Below, piece after piece: positions 57,463 through 64,000 of a stretch of DNA of 64,000 nt. The notes below the pieces were generated by a model. The model was not told the DNA's origin, made no database searches, and was given only the letters and a program-made list of their open reading frames with translations. The stretch is taken from positions 1,658,327 through 1,722,326 of the forward strand of contig CBDFLV010000006.1 of assembly GCA_965249245.1 (NCBI GenBank), in the 5' to 3' direction. The position numbers and the translations under genes are program-made. Numbering within the stretch: position 1 is the stretch's first letter; every line of letters begins with the position of its first letter. Origin of the DNA: Acidobacteriota bacterium. GTDB lineage: Bacteria; Acidobacteriota; UBA6911; RPQK01; CBDAPI01.

Positions 57463-57530
57463 CGAGCGTAACGCAGTCAGGGCGGGAGATTCTCACGCTG
57501 CAGTAGAAAATTTATGAATCATCCGGGTTA
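57463..57530. repeat. Right-end copy of the 27115-27295 MITE
   Basis: 68 bp matching 27228-27295. Confidence 0.9.
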
Positions 57531-57573
57531 GATTTGAGTACAGCCCGGTAGCTTTCTCCACTATTATTCAGGG

Positions 57574-58569
57574 ATGCGGGTGCGATTCGCCGTCCTGATG
57601 CTTCTGTGGGTGTTCTCCTGTGCTAGAGACTCCGACTCGTCCAGAATCCACCTGGCCTATGTGACGAACGGGGTGACTTCGTTTTGGCAGATCGCCAAAG
57701 TGGGAGCCGAGCACGCCGCCCGCGACTTCGACGTGGAAGTGACTGTGCGAATGCCGGCCGAGGGGATCTCCGATCAAAAGCGCATGGTTCAGGATCTGCT
57801 CACGGTAGGGATTGACGGGATTGCCATCAGTCCCATCGATCCCGCCAATCAGGTGGACCTGGTCAACGAGGCGGCTCGAAACACCAACCTGATCACACAG
57901 GACTCAGACGCACCCAGTACCAATCGTCTCTGCTACATCGGGATGGACAACTACCTGGCCGGCAGGCTGTGTGGTCAACTCGTCAAGGAGTCGACTCCCG
58001 AAGGTGGCAAAGTGGCGATACTGGTGGGCAGGCTGGAACAGGACAATGCCCGCCGCCGCCGGCAGGGGGTCATTGATGAGCTCCTGGACCGTTCCATTGA
58101 TCCAGAACGTTATGATGCGCCGGGATCCATGCTGCAGGGAGACAGGTTCACGGTGGTGGCAACGCTGACGGATCAGTACGATCGAGCCAAGGCCAAGGCC
58201 AACGCTGAAGATGTCCTCTCGCGTTTCCCCGATCTGGCCGTGATGGTCGGCCTGTTTGCCTACAATGGTCCTCTCTCGCTGGAAGTGCTGAAGCAGGCCG
58301 GGAGGGTGGGTGACGTTCAGATTGTGGGCTTTGACGAGGCCGATCAGACGCTGCAGGCGGTGACCGAAGGATCCATTTTCGGAACCGTCGTGCAGGACCC
58401 CTACCGCTACGGTTATGAATCGATCCGCCTACTCGCTGCTCTGGCCCGGGGAGATCGCTCGGTCCTTCCAACCAGCGGCTTTCTGGATATCCCGGCCCGC
58501 CAGATCCGTCGCGACAACGTGGCCAGGTTCTGGGCGGACCTTAGGGCCAAACTGGAAGGGAGGCAGTAG
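57574..58569 (+). CDS. Second sugar ABC substrate-binding lipoprotein (paralog of 52697-53710)
   Basis: VFSC lipobox; long identical stretches shared with the first binding protein ([27 protein letters not shown]). Confidence 0.9.
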   Translation: MRVRFAVLMLLWVFSCARDSDSSRIHLAYVTNGVTSFWQIAKVGAEHAARDFDVEVTVRMPAEGISDQKRMVQDLLTVGIDGIAISPIDPANQVDLVNEAARNTNLITQDSDAPSTNRLCYIGMDNYLAGRLCGQLVKESTPEGGKVAILVGRLEQDNARRRRQGVIDELLDRSIDPERYDAPGSMLQGDRFTVVATLTDQYDRAKAKANAEDVLSRFPDLAVMVGLFAYNGPLSLEVLKQAGRVGDVQIVGFDEADQTLQAVTEGSIFGTVVQDPYRYGYESIRLLAALARGDRSVLPTSGFLDIPARQIRRDNVARFWADLRAKLEGRQ

Positions 58570-58641
58570 TGGGAACCCGCGCACCATGGAGTTGACCCTT
58601 TTTCACGGAGATCTCTATCATTGGGGAAAGGAGATTGCCAC

Positions 58642-59607
58642 GTGGCAAGGTTGAGTGAATACGATATCAGTCAGTTTGAAGAACAGGGGTACGTTGTTGT
58701 AGAGGGTCTCCTCGACCAGGGGAAGGATCTTCAGCCGGTTATTGACGAGTACTCCGCCTTGCTCGACTCACTGGCAAAGGACTGGCACGCCACTGGGGAC
58801 TTGAGCCAGACCTATGGCGACTTGCCCTTTGGCGAGCGTCTGACGCGCATTATTGCCGAGTCTGGTCAAGCCTATTACCAGCACATGGACTTCTCTTTGC
58901 CCCAGGACGCTATTACCGAAGAGACCCCCATCCATCTCGGCCCTGCTATTTTTAACTTGCTGCGCAGTCCCCGCCTATTGGATGCGGTGGAGTGTTTCAT
59001 CGGTCCCGAGATTTACTCCAACCCGGTTCAGCACGTGCGCATCAAACCGCCGGAAACTGCTCTGCCAGCCGGCGTTTCAAGAAATGCCATGACTGCCGTC
59101 ACCCCATGGCATCAAGACCTGGGTGTTATCACTGAAGAGGCGGACGAAACAGATGTTTTGACGGTGTGGTTCCCCATCACGGAAGCGTCAGTGAAGAATG
59201 GCTGTCTGGCCGTTGTCCCTGGCAGCCAAAAAGGGGAGTTACTCCTGCATTGTCGTGGAGAATTTGGTTTGACCATTCCAGATGAAATGGTCGGTTCCTA
59301 TTCGAAACCGCTACCGATGCAGCCTACAGACGTGCTTTTTATGACCAGCAAAACAATGCACACCTCGCTCCCCAACGTCAGCGATGAAATTCGCTGGAGT
59401 CTTGACCTGCGCTACAACCCGATTGGTCAGCCTACGGGGCGGCCCTGGTTTCCGGGCTTTGTGGCTCGCAGCCGGGCGAACCCGGAAACAGAGCTAACCG
59501 ATGCCGGGAAGTGGGCCGAAATGTGGCGCCAGGCTCGTTCTCGCCTGGCCCGAGACGGTGACCCCTCGTTCAACCGCTGGGACGGGGATGCGTTAGGCTG
59601 TGCTTGA
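58642..59607 (+). CDS. Phytanoyl-CoA dioxygenase (PhyH)-family Fe/2-oxoglutarate enzyme
   Basis: WHQD, NGCLAVVPGS, MHTSLPN, RWSLDLRY motifs; GTG 58642 after AAGGAG. Confidence 0.88.
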   Translation: MARLSEYDISQFEEQGYVVVEGLLDQGKDLQPVIDEYSALLDSLAKDWHATGDLSQTYGDLPFGERLTRIIAESGQAYYQHMDFSLPQDAITEETPIHLGPAIFNLLRSPRLLDAVECFIGPEIYSNPVQHVRIKPPETALPAGVSRNAMTAVTPWHQDLGVITEEADETDVLTVWFPITEASVKNGCLAVVPGSQKGELLLHCRGEFGLTIPDEMVGSYSKPLPMQPTDVLFMTSKTMHTSLPNVSDEIRWSLDLRYNPIGQPTGRPWFPGFVARSRANPETELTDAGKWAEMWRQARSRLARDGDPSFNRWDGDALGCA

Positions 59608-59677
59608 TAGAAGCGGTACCCGGACCATACGCACAGGCAAGAAGAGGACGCTGAACCGGTACTGAGAAGGGTCTCCG

Positions 59678-62593
59678 TCAGTAGCCCGTTTCAGGCGGGA
59701 CGTTGGTTAGCTGAAAGCCGCCGCCACTCTGCTCGACTCGAACCACGGTCAGAAAGAGGCTGACTTCCGACTCGATCCGAAGGGACCCCACAAAGCTCTC
59801 CAGAAAATCAAACAGCTGCGTGAAAAAGAGCGCATCATGACCGTCGTAGAGCCAGGTTACGGTGCCGATTTCTACCCCGCCCTGGTCGATCAGTGTGGCT
59901 GAGATGCTGAAAGCCGCACCCGGATCTAAGGCGGCATAAGCGAAGCCCGTATCCGCTACAGAGCTTTTCTCGACTGGGAACACCAGGACTTTCGACGGGG
60001 GTGTGTCGAAGGTTGCGACCGAATCGGTAAGCGCTCCCTTACCCACCTGGTAGAAGAAGGAGACGGCCACCTGACTGTTCACAGAAGAGTTGGTCCCGAT
60101 CAAGTCGAGGAATCCCTCCCTCACCTGGTCGTCACCGATGAGCGTGAGTTTCCGGGTCCCCTGGGGCGGCAAGGCGATCTCAAAGTGACTCAATTCTGTC
60201 TGTTCGACGCCGTTCAGAGTCCACGGGCTGTCCCACTCCTCTTCATTCCCCTGGCGCAGAAGTCCACGGCCTTCCCAGGGGGTAAGACCTTTGTTCGCAA
60301 CCAGGATGAGAACCTGGAAGACGTCGCCCAGGGCAAACTGGGCAAAGCGGCGAGGCAGCATTCCCACCTCGAAAACGGAAGTCGTGATGCTCGCGAAGTT
60401 ATTATCAGGGTTGGAATCTCCGCTATTCGCAACGGTTACCGTGTTGACCACCTGCGGCACGGCCCCGGGTCCTGCCAGGACACCCGCTGAAAGTTCTCTC
60501 GACTGACCGGGTTCAAGGCTGCTCTGCAGCAGGCACGAGAAGGACGCCTGTTCAGTTTCGCAGGACCACCCGATGGCATGCAGCGAGAGCAAAGCCAGGG
60601 AGGGCGGAAGGTCATCCGTGACCGTGACGGTCCCGGTGGCTGCGGCATTCCCGACGTTCTCGACGGAGAGCTGATAGTATCCGGTGGTCCCGACCACAAA
60701 AGGACCCAGATCGATTTTGCGGATCTCCAGGTCTGGAGTCGCCACCACTGTGACCCCGGCCGTATCGGAATTGTTGGAGGACTGTGGGTCGAACTCGTCG
60801 GCGACGGCTGTGGTCCTGTTACTGAACTGGCCTGTCTGATCGGCCCGAAGGCTGAAATCGACGGTACGCGTGACATTCGGCCCGATGGAGCTGAAAACAC
60901 AGTTCAACTGTGGGCCGGTAAGGATGGTGCAGGGCTCGGGGGCCGAAACGGGTGACAGGCCAATAGGAAGGAGGTCTCCTATCTCCACATGGGTGGCGGT
61001 CGAGGGTCCCAGATTCGTTACGGCGATGCTGAAAACAATGTTCGAACCCAGCTCGACCTGGGCCGATTCCACGGTCTTGTTCACCGAAAGATCCGCCGCC
61101 GGTCTAATCGAAATGGTTGAGTCGTCACTGTTGTTGCTGTTGTTTCCGTCTGACGGGACGGAGAGTGCCGAGGCGGTATTCGTGATCAGACCGCTTCCCT
61201 CGGCGAAGGCCGTCAGGGTGACCTGGGCACTGGCAGTGCTGTTGAGGCTTCCCAGATCGCAAGTCACGGAGTTGCCTGCGTTCGAACAGCTTCCCTGCGA
61301 GGGAGCCACTGAAGAAAGAGCCAATCCGGTCGGCAGAGCGTCGGTCAGTGTGACCGCTGTTGCATTCCCGGGCCCCCGGTTCTCGACGGTAATCTGGAAA
61401 ACGACCTCTTCGGACTGCTGGTAGTTCTCTTGCTGACTCTGTTTCGTTACCTCCAGATCTGGAGAAGGCACCGTAGAGGTGAACTGGAAGATACTCCCCC
61501 CGTGGTGAACCGCATACAGTTCCCCGTCTTCATCCAGGCCGAAGCTGCTGATATTCAAGCTGGTGTCGAACAACTCACTTCTGAACCAATTCCCAGGGCC
61601 CTCAGTGAGAGCCCAGATGCGGCCCGAAGTGTAGTCGCCAAAGATGTAGTCACCGACCAGCGACGAAATCTGCTGGCCGCGGTAGACATGGCCTCCCGTG
61701 ACGGAATGGCCCAGCGAGCGCTGGTAAAAATTGATGGGAGGTTCCAGTCCGCTCACATCGCAGCCCACCTCGGGCTCATGGCACGACTCAGCCTCCATGA
61801 TGTCCCAGCCGTAGTTCTTACTCTTCTCGACGACGTCCACTTCTTCCCAGGTGCCCTGTCCCACGTCCCCGACGAAAAGGCGCCCGCTGGGAGGATCGAA
61901 GGAGGCTCGCCAGGGATTGCGAAACCCGTAGGCCCAGATCTCCTCGCGGGCCCCCTTCGAACCGACCAGGGGGTTGCTTCCAGGAATCCCGTAGGGAGAT
62001 CCGCTGTCAATGTCGATACGAAGGATCTTGCCCAGCAGCATGCTCAGGTTCTGAGCTCGTTCAGCTGGATCGTCCTGGCCCCCCCCGTCACCCGTCGAAA
62101 TATAAAGATACCCATCGGCCGTACCAAACCCCAGCCATCCCCCGTTGTGGTTTCCAGACGGCTGGTCAAAGGTGAGAAGAATCTCTCCATTCTGGCCGGC
62201 GATATCGGGGTTTCCCGAGACTTGATGTTCCTGGATGACCGTCTGGAGCTGACCACTGAGGTTGCGAGTGTAGTTGATGAAAAAGCGCCCGTTGGTGTCG
62301 TAGTCGGGGTGAAATGCCAGACCCAGGAGGCCCCGCTCCCCGGAGGCAGCCAGGTTGAATCCCGAGGAAATATTGAGAAACGGGTTGCCTAGAAGCGACC
62401 CGTTCTCCAGGATCCGAATGAAACCCGTTTGTTCCACAATGAAAATACGTTTGCTTCCGTCGCCTGCATGGGTCAGAAAGAGGGGACGATCCAAACCGGA
62501 AACAACCTCTGTGAGCTCTATTTCCGCCGCGCCGCCCAGGCAGGGAACAGAGCACAGGCCCAGCACGATCAAAATGGAAAGCCGCTTCATCAT
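59678..62593 (-). CDS. Secreted PQQ-dependent glucose/sorbosone dehydrogenase-like protein with about three DUF11 repeats and a C-terminal domain
   Basis: GERGLLGLAFHPDY, NHNGG, GKILRID, YGFRNPWR, GDVGQ; repeated DL.V.K...V.N.GP..AT.V...D.LP units. Confidence 0.85.
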   Translation of the reverse strand: MMKRLSILIVLGLCSVPCLGGAAEIELTEVVSGLDRPLFLTHAGDGSKRIFIVEQTGFIRILENGSLLGNPFLNISSGFNLAASGERGLLGLAFHPDYDTNGRFFINYTRNLSGQLQTVIQEHQVSGNPDIAGQNGEILLTFDQPSGNHNGGWLGFGTADGYLYISTGDGGGQDDPAERAQNLSMLLGKILRIDIDSGSPYGIPGSNPLVGSKGAREEIWAYGFRNPWRASFDPPSGRLFVGDVGQGTWEEVDVVEKSKNYGWDIMEAESCHEPEVGCDVSGLEPPINFYQRSLGHSVTGGHVYRGQQISSLVGDYIFGDYTSGRIWALTEGPGNWFRSELFDTSLNISSFGLDEDGELYAVHHGGSIFQFTSTVPSPDLEVTKQSQQENYQQSEEVVFQITVENRGPGNATAVTLTDALPTGLALSSVAPSQGSCSNAGNSVTCDLGSLNSTASAQVTLTAFAEGSGLITNTASALSVPSDGNNSNNSDDSTISIRPAADLSVNKTVESAQVELGSNIVFSIAVTNLGPSTATHVEIGDLLPIGLSPVSAPEPCTILTGPQLNCVFSSIGPNVTRTVDFSLRADQTGQFSNRTTAVADEFDPQSSNNSDTAGVTVVATPDLEIRKIDLGPFVVGTTGYYQLSVENVGNAAATGTVTVTDDLPPSLALLSLHAIGWSCETEQASFSCLLQSSLEPGQSRELSAGVLAGPGAVPQVVNTVTVANSGDSNPDNNFASITTSVFEVGMLPRRFAQFALGDVFQVLILVANKGLTPWEGRGLLRQGNEEEWDSPWTLNGVEQTELSHFEIALPPQGTRKLTLIGDDQVREGFLDLIGTNSSVNSQVAVSFFYQVGKGALTDSVATFDTPPSKVLVFPVEKSSVADTGFAYAALDPGAAFSISATLIDQGGVEIGTVTWLYDGHDALFFTQLFDFLESFVGSLRIESEVSLFLTVVRVEQSGGGFQLTNVPPETGY

Positions 62594-62722
62594 ATCTCGG
62601 CCTGCGAGCCAGTGGCTCAGGCAAACTCGGTGCTCCTCTTCATCCGGGACACCGCAGTAGGTATTATCTCCCAAAGCTACCTGAGTTCCAGTGATCTGGT
62701 TCTCCTTGCCCTTCGCCATCCT

Positions 62723-62771
62723 GTGACATTCCCAGTGTAGGAGGACCCTCCGTGGTCCGATCGGATCGCCG
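62723..62771 (-). repeat. Solo partial copy of the 80-bp REP unit, reverse strand
   Basis: GTGACATTCCCAGTGTAGGAGGACCCTCCGTGGTCCGATCGGATCGCCG is the reverse complement of array-unit sequence. Confidence 0.92.
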
Positions 62772-62918
62772 CGCGCGGGGGGGATGACGGGCAAAGGCAC
62801 GGGCAAGGGCAAGGTACAAAGCAGGTTCGGAATACACTCCGAGTTGTACGGCTATCGAATCCCGGGTCAGATGCAGGGGGGGGGTCGAGAAGAGTATATT
62901 TGAACTCACTACGAACCG

Positions 62919-64000
62919 ATGAGTGTGCGGCGGCAATTGATTCTCCTGATCCTGATTCTGGGCCACCTCCCGTCGATAGGCCTTGCCCGGGACCACTGGA
63001 TTCGGCTGAACAGCCCGAACTTCGAAGCGGTCAGCAATGCTTCTGAGAAAAAGTCGCGGACTCTGATCCGCGAACTGGAGCAATTCCGGCACGTTTTCTC
63101 CGAGGTTTTCCATGTGGCCAATGACCGCGTCCCCGTGACCGTGTTCATCTTCCGGAACGACAAGTCGTTCAAGTCCTTCAAACCGGTGTATGAGGGGAAA
63201 CCGGTCAGCGTCGCCGGTTTTTTTCAGGGAAGTCGGGACCGCAATGTGATCGCTCTCAATGCCAACGCCAGGGAGAATCCTTTGCATGTCGTTTTCCACG
63301 AATACCTTCACCTTCTCACCAGTGACGCCCCGTATCCCTGGCCGGTGTGGGTCAACGAAGGGCTGGCCGAGTTCTACTCCACTTTTCAGGTGAAGGGAAG
63401 ACAGCTCACCCTGGGCGGGCCGATTCCGTGGCACGCGGAGATCCTGCGGCAGGCCCGGATGCACCCGGTGGAGCACCTGTTTGCCATTGGTCACGATTCT
63501 CCCGAGTACAACGAAAAGGGGAAGCGGGGAGTGTTCTACGCCCAGTCCTGGGCGCTGGTGCATTACTTCATGCTCCACGAAAAGGCAAAGCTCCGGCCTC
63601 AGTTCGTCCGCTTCGTGCAGCTCTTGTGGCGTGGCGTCGACCCCGTGGAAGCCTTTGAGCAAGCCATCGAAGTTCCCTTTCAAGATCTGGAGAGCGAGCT
63701 GCAGAAGTATGTCCGTCAGCGTGGCCTCTACGCAGCAGTCTTCACGCTGGAGGTCGTCCCGGATGCTGAACAGATTGACATAGCGGATCTCAACGCATCG
63801 AAGGTAGAGGGTCACCTGGGTGACCTTCTTTTTTACACGGGCCGCCTCGAGGAAGCCAAAGTCCGCTACAAGGAGGCGCGCCGGCTGGATCCCCCGAGCC
63901 TGCCTCCCAGAGAGGGCCTGGCCCTGATCGCGCTGCGTGAAGACGACCGGGAGACGGCCAGGGGATTACTGGAGGAGACGTCAGAGGGGGGCTCCAAAAA
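62919..64000 (+). CDS. Secreted DUF1570/peptidase-MA-like protein with TPR repeats (runs off window; absent from ORF track)
   Basis: My translation: MSVRRQLILL...HWIRLNSPNF...FHEYLH...NEGLAEFYS...FYAQSWALVHY, then TPR-like helices. Confidence 0.85.
   Translation, partial: MSVRRQLILLILILGHLPSIGLARDHWIRLNSPNFEAVSNASEKKSRTLIRELEQFRHVFSEVFHVANDRVPVTVFIFRNDKSFKSFKPVYEGKPVSVAGFFQGSRDRNVIALNANARENPLHVVFHEYLHLLTSDAPYPWPVWVNEGLAEFYSTFQVKGRQLTLGGPIPWHAEILRQARMHPVEHLFAIGHDSPEYNEKGKRGVFYAQSWALVHYFMLHEKAKLRPQFVRFVQLLWRGVDPVEAFEQAIEVPFQDLESELQKYVRQRGLYAAVFTLEVVPDAEQIDIADLNASKVEGHLGDLLFYTGRLEEAKVRYKEARRLDPPSLPPREGLALIALREDDRETARGLLEETSEGGSK

Noticed and set aside
4714-63815. Long alternative-frame ORFs (e.g. 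4714-5733, 6702-7691, 11761-13236, 16928-18016, 19584-20801, 31304-32521, 53231-54277, 62664-63815)
   Set aside because: They are antisense shadows of well-supported genes in GC-rich DNA and show no recognisable motifs.
1-64000. rRNA or tRNA genes
   Set aside because: No rRNA-like stretch or cloverleaf with a GTTCRANTC T-loop in proper context was recognised by eye; tRNAscan-SE was not run.

Overview
GC-rich bacterial chromosome segment. Gene content (DUF1501/DUF1553 remnants, DUF11-bearing sugar dehydrogenase, DUF1570-like TPR protein, AddAB) suggests an Acidobacteriota/PVC-like organism; this is inference. The first ~33 kb is an accessory region densely hit by mobile DNA: IS4, two rve/integrase-core ISs, an IS66 carrying a DUF4338 gene, IS3, IS256, two near-identical IS21 copies, and a four-gene DUF6431/DDE/AAA+ element. 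Several of these disrupt a sulfotransferase-containing Wzm/Wzt surface-polysaccharide locus. An 80-bp GTAG-type REP/BIME tandem array (29587-33425) is split by a group II intron whose RT ORF is almost entirely deleted in frame and which itself carries IS21 copy 2. The rest is mostly housekeeping and transport: uvrC, yjjX, RidA, HAD, carboxyltransferase, M23, M3, class II DAHP synthase, addBA, a sugar ABC transporter with two binding proteins, PhyH and GSDH. These are interspersed with MITEs, an IS1380, intergenic 7/8-mer tandem repeats and several deletion scars. No rRNA, tRNA or CRISPR array was found. Family assignments come from motif recognition by eye; no database search was run.
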